DNA of 64,000 nucleotides from an uncultured Bacteroidota bacterium (GTDB taxonomy: Bacteria > Bacteroidota > Ignavibacteria > UBA10030 > UBA6906), in NCBI GenBank assembly GCA_963700635.1, contig CAVOYH010000005.1:1-64000 (forward strand). The letters are read 5' to 3'. The position numbers and the translations under genes are program-made. Positions 51,263 through 60,819 of the stretch are shown here, piece by piece. The notes beneath the pieces are model-generated. The model was given only the letters and a program-made list of their open reading frames with translations, was not told the origin of the DNA and did no database searches. Each line of letters begins with the position of its first letter. The stretch's first letter is position 1.

Positions 51263-53401
51263 ATGCACTTGTTTTTTGATGCGCTGCTTTACAGCTATGC
51301 GCAGATATTTTTCAGCAACAGGAAGTGGTTCGGCGTGCTGGCGCTCGCCGCGACCGCGACCATGCCGTTGATCGGCGTGGGGGGGCTGGTCGGGGCGCTC
51401 GTCGTCAACGGCCTTGCCCTGGGCCTGCGATTTGACAAGGAGCGGATCCGCAGCGGCTTCTACGGCTTCAACGGTATCCTGTTCGGGGCCGCCGCGATGT
51501 ACTACCACCAGCCTACGCTGACGTATCTCGTGATGTCGTTGCTGTTCGTCGTCATCGCCTTCTTCGCCACAGCAGCGCTCGAACACTACTTCGCCACAGC
51601 GTTTAATCTGCCCGGCCTGAGTCTGCCGTTTGTTCTGACCTTGTATGTGTTCGTGGTGTTCCTCGGAAACTTCGATTGGGTCGTTCTCCATGCGACCGGG
51701 TCGCAAGCGACGCTGGTGGCGTTCCTGCCGCGGTCTGTGCTCTTCTATTTTCAGTCGCTGGGGTATGTGCTGTTCCAACCCGATGCGCTGGCGGGCGTGT
51801 TCCTTGCGGTCGGACTGGTTCTCTTCTCGCGTGTCTTTTTGGTCGGTAGCGTTCTTGCCTACGGCACGAACTGGGTTCTCGCTGCGTATCTCTTCCCGGA
51901 TGCCACGGATGCGTTCATCCTGCAGTCCTCGGTGAACGCCATTCTGGTCGCTCTGGCTCTGGGCGGGACCCTGATCATCCTCTCTCGGAAGACCGTGCCT
52001 CTGCTGGTTTTCGCGGGGGTGATATCGCTGGTGTTCACCGGGTTCTTCACGCGTTTCCTGTCGGTCTCGGATCTTCCGGTGCTGGTCCTGCCGTTCAATC
52101 TTGTGACCCTCGCCACCATCTATTCCCTCAAGTTCCGGCAGGAGCAGAGTGACCTGGTCCTGCTCTATTTTGCTCCCGGATCGCCAGAGGAGAACTACTA
52201 TTACCATCAGAACAGAAAATCCCGGTTCGAGCGGTTTCGTTATCTCTTCCCTGAGTTGCCCTTCTTCGGAGAATGGAGTGTGTCTCAGGGAATCGCCGGC
52301 GATATCACTCATAAGGGTGCGTGGAGCGATGCCTGGGATTTCGTGATCCTTGATGATGAAGGGAAAGAACATTCCGGTCAGGGAACCGTGGTCCAGGAGT
52401 ACTTCTGCTACAACACCCCGGTGGTTGCGTCTCTGGATGGTGATGTGGTCCGTGTGGTCGACGCGATTCCGGACAATGAGATCGGCGAAGTTAATGTTGA
52501 GAACAACTGGGGCAATACCATCATCCTGGACCATGGTCAGGGCCTGTTTTCAGCGCTCTCGCATCTGAAACCCGGTTCGGCCCAGGTTGGGAAGGGAGAT
52601 CACGTCCACAAAGGGCAGATCCTGGCACGCTGCGGGAACAGCGGCCGCTCCCCGGTCCCCCATCTGCATTTTCAGTTCCAGGGTACCGATCGTCTGGGGG
52701 AGAAGACGCTTTCGTTCCCTCTGGCTCAGTACCTGGAAAAAACCAACGGGTCCGTCGAGCTCCGCACGTTTGAGTATCCCCAGCAGGGGAGACGCGTCCA
52801 TAACATTGAGCTTCACGGGGATGTGCGCCGCGCATTCTCGTTCCCTGTCGGCGCGGACTATACGTTTGACTGTACGCTGAACGGACGGGCTTTCGAGGAA
52901 CGGTGGGAGGTCAAGATCGACAGTCTGAACACCGTCTACATCGACTCCACCGGTGGGGCCACCGCCTATCTTTATCCCCGGGACAAGGTGTTCTCCATGG
53001 CGAACCTCGTGGGAAACCCGCGCTCGGCCCTTTCGTTCTTTTTCCTGAACTCCATCAGCGTGCCTCTGGGATACAACACACATATGCAGTGGAGCGATCA
53101 GTTGCCCGTCCGCCTCATGATCGGCGGTGGTCTGCGTTTTTTCTCGGAGTTCCTGCTCATCTTCGGCGACCAGTTTGTGGCCAGGGCGGTACTCCATTTT
53201 GATGAACAGGCCGGTCAGGGTAACGGGTTCTCCATCCATGCGCTCTTCACCGTGTCCGGTCGCGGCATCTTTTCCCGGTATCGCCGGCAGGCTGAGGGAC
53301 GCATCACGGTCGACGGCGAAGGCGAGATCGCTTCGTTTGAATACACGGACCCAACAACGACATTCAACGCTCACCGAATACACAAAGGATCCAACATATG
53401 A
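51263..53401 (+). CDS. Urea-transporter-like membrane domain fused to an M23 peptidase and a C-terminal domain
   Basis: YAQIFF, GFYGFNG and LPFVL (UT-like); H......WDF, NWGN.I..DH, SHL and PHLHFQ (M23). Confidence 0.82.
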   Translation: MHLFFDALLYSYAQIFFSNRKWFGVLALAATATMPLIGVGGLVGALVVNGLALGLRFDKERIRSGFYGFNGILFGAAAMYYHQPTLTYLVMSLLFVVIAFFATAALEHYFATAFNLPGLSLPFVLTLYVFVVFLGNFDWVVLHATGSQATLVAFLPRSVLFYFQSLGYVLFQPDALAGVFLAVGLVLFSRVFLVGSVLAYGTNWVLAAYLFPDATDAFILQSSVNAILVALALGGTLIILSRKTVPLLVFAGVISLVFTGFFTRFLSVSDLPVLVLPFNLVTLATIYSLKFRQEQSDLVLLYFAPGSPEENYYYHQNRKSRFERFRYLFPELPFFGEWSVSQGIAGDITHKGAWSDAWDFVILDDEGKEHSGQGTVVQEYFCYNTPVVASLDGDVVRVVDAIPDNEIGEVNVENNWGNTIILDHGQGLFSALSHLKPGSAQVGKGDHVHKGQILARCGNSGRSPVPHLHFQFQGTDRLGEKTLSFPLAQYLEKTNGSVELRTFEYPQQGRRVHNIELHGDVRRAFSFPVGADYTFDCTLNGRAFEERWEVKIDSLNTVYIDSTGGATAYLYPRDKVFSMANLVGNPRSALSFFFLNSISVPLGYNTHMQWSDQLPVRLMIGGGLRFFSEFLLIFGDQFVARAVLHFDEQAGQGNGFSIHALFTVSGRGIFSRYRRQAEGRITVDGEGEIASFEYTDPTTTFNAHRIHKGSNI

Positions 53402-54027
53402 CGATACGAACTATGTGGCTGATCACGCTGACGCTGGTTCTTGCTGTTGCCGCGACGGAGGGTGCCGTGCGGGCGGAGGATAAGGCCCGTGCGTTCACGA
53501 TCTCCATCAAGGAAGAGACCAACGGCAACTGGAAACGTGCGATTCAAGTCATGCTCGACCTTTCCAGTGGAATCGGCACAGACTACCTCACCACGCTCCG
53601 CCTGGGATGGCTCCACTACAACGCACGGGAGTTCGAGAAGTCCGCACAGTACTACAGAGAAGCAATGCGCATCAGCGACAACAGCATCGAGGCCCTTCTT
53701 GGCGTCACCCTTCCGTATGCGGCCCAGGGAAAATGGGACGCCGTCCAGGAAGCGTACAAGTCGATTCTCGCCAAAGACAAACTCAACTACATAGCGAACC
53801 TTCGTCTGGGACAGATCTACATGAACCAGGGGAACTACCTGATGGCGAGGCGATATCTCGATCTGCTGGCTGAAAACTACCCCGGCGACTACGAGACCAA
53901 TCTCTACGTGGGATGGACCTATTTCGGTCTCGGCAGCAAGACGAAGGCCCGGGAGGCATTTATCAATGCGATGAGCGTGTATCCAGCTGATACGAGTGCT
54001 GTCAAAGGGTACGGGTTGACCAAATGA
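53398..54027 (+). CDS. Secreted TPR protein
   Basis: Signal peptide; LRLGWL.Y, LRLGQIY and GW.Y TPR helices. Confidence 0.8.
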   Translation: MTIRTMWLITLTLVLAVAATEGAVRAEDKARAFTISIKEETNGNWKRAIQVMLDLSSGIGTDYLTTLRLGWLHYNAREFEKSAQYYREAMRISDNSIEALLGVTLPYAAQGKWDAVQEAYKSILAKDKLNYIANLRLGQIYMNQGNYLMARRYLDLLAENYPGDYETNLYVGWTYFGLGSKTKAREAFINAMSVYPADTSAVKGYGLTK

Positions 54028-54842
54028 AGACTCTCGTTCTGCTTGGTGCGTTGATCCTCAGCGTGTGTCCGGGTTTCTCACAGCCATCGACGACAACATT
54101 CCTGCCTGCCGGATACTACACGGCAGGATCATATTCGAACGGGAACAGTTCGAACTCGTATGCCGGCTATGCTACCGTGGCCTTTGGCGGTCTTGACTAT
54201 GTCGTGGCAGGTTATGACGCAATGACGATCCAGTCAACACCTTGGACCTACGATCAGCAATTCTTCGTGGTCGGAGCCCTGAAGAACCTCTACCCTTTCT
54301 ATGTGAAGTTGAATGTTGGACGAATCGAAGGGACATTCAAGCTTGCGGGGCAGCGGTATTCCTATGCCGATCAGACAGACATTCTGAACGGCGGCTTCCT
54401 CTATAATGTGGACGTTTTCTATGTCGGGGCGACGTACACCTATATGAGCGTCAGCGGATACACAAATGTGCGCTCCCACCAGATCGGACTTCAGGGAGAC
54501 TGGTTGTTGGACCCGGCCTTCAACCTCTCAATACGTCCGCTGTATTCGCGGGTGACGGATGGCCGGTCATTGATTTCTGTTGGAGGGGAGGTGTCGTATG
54601 CCCCTTGGAAGACGCTTGTATTGCGGGTGTCAGGGATGGCGGGGAAGCGGGCATACTATTTTAATCCCGATTTCCTGACCGTGTTCAACCAGAACGAAAC
54701 ACAAAAGAGTCTGTGGGGCATCCGCATGGAATACACGATTGTCTCCGGCCTGACCGTGATTGGGAGCTATCAATCGGCGGGCTTTTCCGGGTACACGGTG
54801 CGTTATGCCGCGATCGGAGCGCGGGCCCGCATCCCGTTGTGA
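54024..54842 (+). CDS. Putative outer-membrane beta-barrel protein
   Basis: Signal peptide; alternating Tyr/Gly-rich amphipathic strands. Confidence 0.6.
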   Translation: MKTLVLLGALILSVCPGFSQPSTTTFLPAGYYTAGSYSNGNSSNSYAGYATVAFGGLDYVVAGYDAMTIQSTPWTYDQQFFVVGALKNLYPFYVKLNVGRIEGTFKLAGQRYSYADQTDILNGGFLYNVDVFYVGATYTYMSVSGYTNVRSHQIGLQGDWLLDPAFNLSIRPLYSRVTDGRSLISVGGEVSYAPWKTLVLRVSGMAGKRAYYFNPDFLTVFNQNETQKSLWGIRMEYTIVSGLTVIGSYQSAGFSGYTVRYAAIGARARIPL

Positions 54843-54890
54843 TTACGAGCGGTCTTCCGTCTGCGCCCAAGATGATGTCGGGACCAGAAA

Positions 54891-54922
54891 AAAGCCCCCG
54901 GGTGTGTACACCCGGGGGCTTT
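54891..54922. terminator. Bidirectional intrinsic terminator
   Basis: AAAGCCCCCGGGTGT-GT-ACACCCGGGGGCTTT between convergent genes. Confidence 0.8.
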
Positions 54923-55006
54923 GGCTCGCCAGAACCCGTCTCAATCCTGCCGGGAAACACGAAACCACACAAGAGTCTGTTGTCGATATTGCTGAGCGCA
55001 CGGCTG

Positions 55007-56998
55007 CTAAATGACCTGTTCTGCCGATTCTGGTTCGCTGTCGGGAGCCGACATTGCCTTGAACGATTTGCGCGCCTCGTCCGTACCGATGATCGCCACC
55101 AGGTCGTTGACCTGAAAGCGGAATGCAGCGTCCGGGTTGGCGGTCAGCTTTCGTCGCGAATGACGCCAACGACCGACGCTCCCACCTTTTTGCGGATCTC
55201 TGCCTCCCCGATGGATCGGGCCACGAGTTTGCTGCCATCCTGTAGCAGAACCCACTGCAGATCGAACTGCCGTTCGGCCGATCGAAGCTGTGCGAGCATG
55301 CGGTGACCTTTCCCCTCGTCGAAGAAGGGACCGAAAAGATCCTGTCGCACCGAATCCGTGCGTTGCTGTATTTCGGTCACGGGAATCGGAAAATGAAGCA
55401 GAGACTCGCGCGTCATCTCGAGGCTGGCCTCAAACTCGGGCAGCACCACCCCGCTCACGTTCATTTTCTTGAAGACAGGGAGGAAGGAAGGATCGGAGGT
55501 TCTGGCCACCACGTTCAGCTCACCGTTCTGTCGCTGGCCGTTGGTGATGATCGTCCGGGCCGCGACCATATCCGGGGTGGTCACAACGAGTAGCCGTGCG
55601 GTGCGCAATCGCGGCCGCTTCGAGTACGATCTCGTGTGTCGCATCGCCGTAGACGATAGGGATGTCATCTTTCTGCGCGCTCTGGACCCGTCGGTGATCG
55701 AGCTCGACGACCACCAGCGGTATCCCGAAGCTTTTTAGCGCAGCGGCAATTCTCGACCCCACCCGTCCACCGCCCACAATGACCGCGTGTTGCCTGAGAC
55801 CTGTCTCCGGAATGTTGAGCGTATCCAGCGCCTCGTGTTTGAACCAGCGCTTCTTCAAGGCGTAGAGCCGGGCGGTCTGGCTTGTAGCGAGGGGCGTCAA
55901 TATCATCGTCAGAATGGCGGTTGTCAGTATCATCGAGTAGAGATCCTGGCTGATCGAATTCGTCGAGACCCCGACTGTCGCCAGTACGAACGCGAATTCC
56001 CCGACCTGGAAGAGCCCCAGTCCGACGGCCAGCGGAACGACGTTGCCGTACCTGAATATCCTGGACAGGGTTGCAAAGATGATGCCTTTGCCGAAGCTGA
56101 CCGCGAGCAGCAGGACAACCACCTCAAACAGGTGATCCATCAGGAAGACGGGATCGAGCAACATCCCGACCGAAGCGAAGAACAACAGGCCGAACAGGTC
56201 TCGTAGGGGAATGATGTCGCTGAGAGCCTGGTGTCCGTAGTCCGATTCGCTGAGCACCATGCCGGCCACGAATGCGCCGAATGCGAATGACAACCCGACC
56301 ATGTGCGTCACGTAACCGACACCGAGACCGATGGCGGCGATGGCCAGCAAGAACAGCTCCCGGGATCCGAGCTTGGCGATGTGCCCCATCAGCAGCGGCA
56401 GCAGTTTGGTGCCCAGGAGCAGCATCCCAAGGATGAAGGCCGCAGCCTTAAGGGCGGCAAAGCCCAGGACGGGAAGGCCCACCGACGGGTTGTTGAGCTG
56501 CGGGAGGACGATCATCAGCGGGACCACAGCCAGGTCCTGCACGATGAGCATCCCGATCATAACCTTGCTGGAGAGCGTTCCAAGCCATCCCTGATTCATC
56601 AGGGTCTTGAGGATCACCATGGTGCTGGAGAGTGAGATGCAGGCTCCCAGCCAGAGCGAGTCTCGCCACTCCCAGCCTGTCAGGTGGCCAATGCCAAAGC
56701 CGAGACCGGTGGTGAGGATGATTTGGATGGGGGTGCCGATCAGGGCAATCTTCTTGACCGGTTTGAGGTCCTTGAGGGAGAACTCGAGCCCGAGGGCGAA
56801 CAGCAGCAGCGCCACACCGATCTCGGCGAGCTTCTCGATCTCGTGAATATTGGAGACGGTGACGCCGCCAGTGTGCGGCCCCAGGATGATGCCGGCGGCA
56901 ATATAGCCGAGGATGATGGGTTGTCCCAACCGCTGCAGCAGTACGCCGCACCCGAAGGCGACCACGATGAGTAAAATGATGTCAGTGGCGATGCCCAT
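55007..56998 (-). CDS. CPA2/Kef-type cation:proton antiporter with TrkA-N and TrkA-C domains; frameshifts near 55600 and 55150
   Basis: GYIAAG..LGP, LF.LGLEF, LSST, GAFVAG and FF.SVGM; GGGRVG; the C-terminal domains continue in two other frames. Confidence 0.85.
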
Positions 56999-57217
56999 AT
57001 TATCTGCCGTGTTCGCCCTTCAACTTGCGGAACTCCAACATGCTCTCAATCCGGATATCGTGACAACCCGCTCTCTGCCACAGAGGGCACGATCGGGGTC
57101 TGAGAGGGTACCGCGAACCCCGCGGCGTGACCTCTGGGGTCGACCTTCGAGAGCCGGGATGGTGGTGTTCTCGTGAGGCGGTGCTCGAATAAGGCCGCAA
57201 TTCCTGGCGCTTATAGC

Positions 57218-57252
57218 AGAAAGCCCCACCGGGAATCCCGATGGGGCTTTCT
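57218..57252. terminator. Hairpin terminator downstream of the displaced tRNA 3' end
   Basis: AGAAAGCCCCA.CGGGA/TCCCG.TGGGGCTTTCT inverted repeat. Confidence 0.6.
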
Positions 57253-57290
57253 GTGAACCAAACTGTGCGTCGGTTCGCACAGGTTATTTT

Positions 57291-57315
57291 TGGCTCCGCG
57301 AACAGGACTCGAACC
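57291..57315 (-). repeat. Duplicated 3' end of tRNA-Asn (att site)
   Basis: GGTTCGAGTCCTGTTCGCGGAGCCA matches tRNA positions 60781-60803 at 22 of 23 bases. Confidence 0.9.
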
Positions 57316-57819
57316 ATAAGGGTGCTCTTGAAATTAACGAATCCGGGCGGTATTTGCAAGTCTATGCCGTCCGGATTTGTGCAGTTGTGACAGTTTTCTC
57401 CGCTCAGGGGACAATTAGGGGACAGTGCTTTTTGATGCGCGTTTCGTCTTCAAGATGCAAAGTACAACCGAACAACACCGCAATACTGCCCCTCAACGCA
57501 CCAAGATTACCGTAGACACATCGTCCGCTTTGAATGGTGTGTATGCAGGACAGTCCATAGTTGTTGAGGCCCAGCATGAGCGGTTGACATTGGGTGATCG
57601 AAGCCATACCTTTTTTTCTAAGCACGTCCTCGGGGAGGGCATGTGGGGAGGAATTGTGAAGAGAACCTCTTTTGTCCGAAAGGATGGAAGAGGTTCTTTT
57701 GTTCGTACTGCATGCCGCCGCCCCGGACCCTGTTCCAGGTCCTACGCTGTAGGGCCCACCCCGACGACGCCAGTCCCATGTCGTGTGAATAATGATTGCC
57801 AGATGGGAGGAGATGCACG

Positions 57820-60576
57820 ATGAAATGGACCGAACTTCTCGTGGCTCTGATGCTTTCTTCATCATGGCAGGCCGCCCGCACTCAGTGGGTACAAACCAAC
57901 GGGCCCTATGGGGGTGGCGTCATGACTCTAGCTATATGTGACTCGCACCTCTTCGCCGGGATACGGGGTGCTGGTATCTATCATTCGACCGATGACGGCA
58001 CACACTGGAGTCAAGTCAATTCAGGGTTGACGAATTTGTATCTGTGGGTACTTTTCTTTGATGGCACAAACCTTTGGGCGGGCACCGAGGAGGGGGGTGC
58101 CTTTCTCTCGACAGACTTTGGAGCACACTGGACAGCGGTCAATGCCGGCTTTCCGCAGGATCCATATGTTTTTGAGTTTGCCCGCATCGGAACCAACGTA
58201 TATGCGGGTACCCGGGCGGGAGTTTTTCTCCTAACGGAAAACGGCACACGTTGGACCCCGGTCAATTCCGGATTGACGAACACCTTTGTACATGCACTGG
58301 CCGCTAGTGGAACCGATCTCTTTGCCGGGACGGATGGCGGCGTTTTCCGTTCTACCGATAGCGGTGCCGGCTGGGCTCCAGTCAATACTGGTCTGCCCAC
58401 TCATGAAGTGGGGGCACTTGCAGTTATCGGAACGAATCTGTTTGTGGGTTTTAAGTGGGGCGAGGGAGTATTTCGCTCGACAAACAGCGGCGCAACGTGG
58501 ACTGATGTCAACTCTGGGTTGTACAACCGGTATGTCCTCACGTTCGCCTCGGATAGTACAAGTCTTCTGGTGGGAACATTCGGCGGTGGAGTGTTTCGTA
58601 CTACAGACGACGGGGCAAATTGGGTCCCGTGCGGACCGACAGGCCATTTCGCCTGGGCTGTTGCATGCAACGCTGCGTATCTTTTTGCGGGGACAGCTGG
58701 TGGAATCTTCCGCTCTTCTGACAATGGGACGAGCTGGCGGGAGGTCGATTCGGGGATCACGCATTCGTACATCTCTGCTCTGGCAGTTAAGGGCACGGAT
58801 TTGTTTGCCAGTGCTGATGGTAACGGTGTTGCGAGGTCGACCGACAATGGAAACACCTGGACTCCTGCCAACGCGGGCAACTCGAGCACTGTTGTAACTT
58901 GCCTGGCCGTCAGTGGCGATTATCTTCTCGCGGGAGCATGGGACGCCGGCGTGTTCCTCTCTACCAACAATGGGGTGAGTTGGACGAGTGTCAATGCCGG
59001 GCTAACGAACTTCCTGGTGATGTCCCTTCTTGCCGATGGGACGGACATCTTTGCAGGCACCTACGGCGGGGTCTTTCGTTCAACAGATCGCGGCACCAAC
59101 TGGGTTTTGACAAACTCGGGTCTGCCCGATGCTCCTATCAATGCTCTCGCTGCCAATGACACATATGTCTTTGCAGGTACATATGGCAATGGGGTCTTTC
59201 GTTCAACAGATCACGGCGTGAGCTGGACTTCCGCCAATTCGGGAATATCCAATGCAAGCGTTGAGGCTCTCGGCGTCAGCGGCACGAACCTTTTTGTGGG
59301 GACGTTTAATGGCCTGTTTCGATCGACCGACAATGGCACAACTTGGTCGCCGGCAAATACTGGCTTGACAAACAGGGCGGTTCTGGCTTTTGCTGTCAGC
59401 GGGAGCTACATTTTTGTTGGCACTGATGGCAACGTTGCCCTTTCAACCAACGACGGAACGACCTGGGTTGCAGCTGACGAAGGCCTAACATGTACAAGCG
59501 CCAACAAATGGGTTCGCTCCCTCGCAGTCAGCGGAGAATGCCTGTACGCGGGGACGGGCAAAGACGGTGTCTGGAGACGGCCGCTGTCGGAGATGACTCC
59601 CCTTGTTGGCAGACTCGCAATCACTGTTTCTGACGCAGAGAATTGGGGCAGCCCTGGGGCCCGTGCTCGGGTCGTGTTGTACAACAGCAACAACGCCCGG
59701 GTGGCTGAAGGTCCGACAAACTCGAGTGGTGCTGTCATATTTGGGGACATCCCAGCGGGGGTTGGATATTACTACAGGGTCTATGTGACCGATTCCTGGA
59801 AACCGTGGGGCGAACAATTCTGGGGGGAGAAAACAGGAGTAGCTGTCAATGCGGACCAGGTGACGAATGAATCCTTCATCCACAATACACCATACATGCC
59901 TGCCGTGCATGTGTTCCTCGACAGTACTCATGAAGAACTTCTTCCTGGTCTAAGGAAAGCCGTGGCCCCGGGTACGGCACTGCGGGTGGAACTTCAGATA
60001 AAGAATCCCAGCTACCCGGGAGCATTGGCCACGTCAGGGTACGGGGGACTGTATTTCGACCGGGACCAGGCATCTCCTTATGACGCAGACTTGATCACGA
60101 GTGGGCAGAATTTCGCTCCTGGCACAACCGACACTGTCATCTTCAACTGCAATGCTCCAAGCACACAGGGGGATTACTACTACTCGGTCGCTGCTTATGC
60201 ATCTTCCGCGCGATACTCCACCATGCTTACTGACGGGAGCTCGTGGTACGATCCAGCCTTCAGAGTCGAAGGCGGTTCTGACGTTCGGGAAGGGGCAGAA
60301 CAGGAACATTGTACAAAATATTCTCTCCAACAGAATTACCCAAACCCGTGGAATCCTTCGACCATAATCCGCTACGGTCTGCCCATCCGTTCACACGTGA
60401 CTCTAACGGTCTACAACACGCTCGGCCAGCAGGTGGGGCAGCTGGTCAATGGTGAAATAGGTGCGGGGTATCATGAGGAAAAGTTTGATGCGTCTGGCCT
60501 ATCAAGCGGCGTGTATGTCTATCGTCTGCAAGCCGGAGACTATGTGGCAACGAAGCGTCTGCTCCTATTGAGATAG
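57820..60576 (+). CDS. Large secreted BNR/Asp-box beta-propeller protein with Ig-like domains and T9SS CTD
   Basis: More than 10 FRSTDxGxxW-like repeats; LQQNYPNPWNPST...SGVYVYRL. Confidence 0.88.
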   Translation: MKWTELLVALMLSSSWQAARTQWVQTNGPYGGGVMTLAICDSHLFAGIRGAGIYHSTDDGTHWSQVNSGLTNLYLWVLFFDGTNLWAGTEEGGAFLSTDFGAHWTAVNAGFPQDPYVFEFARIGTNVYAGTRAGVFLLTENGTRWTPVNSGLTNTFVHALAASGTDLFAGTDGGVFRSTDSGAGWAPVNTGLPTHEVGALAVIGTNLFVGFKWGEGVFRSTNSGATWTDVNSGLYNRYVLTFASDSTSLLVGTFGGGVFRTTDDGANWVPCGPTGHFAWAVACNAAYLFAGTAGGIFRSSDNGTSWREVDSGITHSYISALAVKGTDLFASADGNGVARSTDNGNTWTPANAGNSSTVVTCLAVSGDYLLAGAWDAGVFLSTNNGVSWTSVNAGLTNFLVMSLLADGTDIFAGTYGGVFRSTDRGTNWVLTNSGLPDAPINALAANDTYVFAGTYGNGVFRSTDHGVSWTSANSGISNASVEALGVSGTNLFVGTFNGLFRSTDNGTTWSPANTGLTNRAVLAFAVSGSYIFVGTDGNVALSTNDGTTWVAADEGLTCTSANKWVRSLAVSGECLYAGTGKDGVWRRPLSEMTPLVGRLAITVSDAENWGSPGARARVVLYNSNNARVAEGPTNSSGAVIFGDIPAGVGYYYRVYVTDSWKPWGEQFWGEKTGVAVNADQVTNESFIHNTPYMPAVHVFLDSTHEELLPGLRKAVAPGTALRVELQIKNPSYPGALATSGYGGLYFDRDQASPYDADLITSGQNFAPGTTDTVIFNCNAPSTQGDYYYSVAAYASSARYSTMLTDGSSWYDPAFRVEGGSDVREGAEQEHCTKYSLQQNYPNPWNPSTIIRYGLPIRSHVTLTVYNTLGQQVGQLVNGEIGAGYHEEKFDASGLSSGVYVYRLQAGDYVATKRLLLLR

Positions 60577-60748
60577 TATAACGTATGGAGGAGGGGCAAC
60601 CTCTCTTTTGGAGTGGGGAGGGATCTATGTGAAGACTGCGAGCTCCTGCGAGACGGAATCCCGACCTAAACTCCCCCAGCCGGAGAAACTTCGTTGACTG
60701 GCCCGCTCCCTGTGTTGGGGCCAATAGGGGACAATCGGGTTTTGACAT

Positions 60749-60780
60749 AAAAAAACCCCCAATAAAATCAGGGGGTTTTT
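60749..60780 (-). terminator. Intrinsic terminator of the tRNA-Asn gene
   Basis: AAAAACCCCC-N10-GGGGG followed by a T-tract, directly after the tRNA. Confidence 0.8.
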
Positions 60781-60819
60781 GCTCCGCGAGCAGGACTCGA
60801 ACCTGCAACCCTGCGGTTA

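Larger units (their letters stand above)
57291..60803. mobile_element. About 3.5-kb integrase-less genomic islet inserted at the tRNA-Asn 3' end
   Basis: Flanking att direct repeats; GGGGACA-type tandem motifs near both ends (57406-57426, 60716-60735); a single cargo gene. Confidence 0.7.

Noticed and set aside
57060-57200. GC-rich structured-looking leader upstream of the Kef-type antiporter as a c-di-AMP riboswitch
   Set aside because: I could not find the ydaO consensus elements on the coding strand.
57900-59600. Repeated DNA words (e.g. GTCTTTCGTTCAACAGATC) as a CRISPR array
   Set aside because: They are degenerate, in-frame codings of Asp-box propeller repeats, with no constant repeat/spacer structure and no cas genes.
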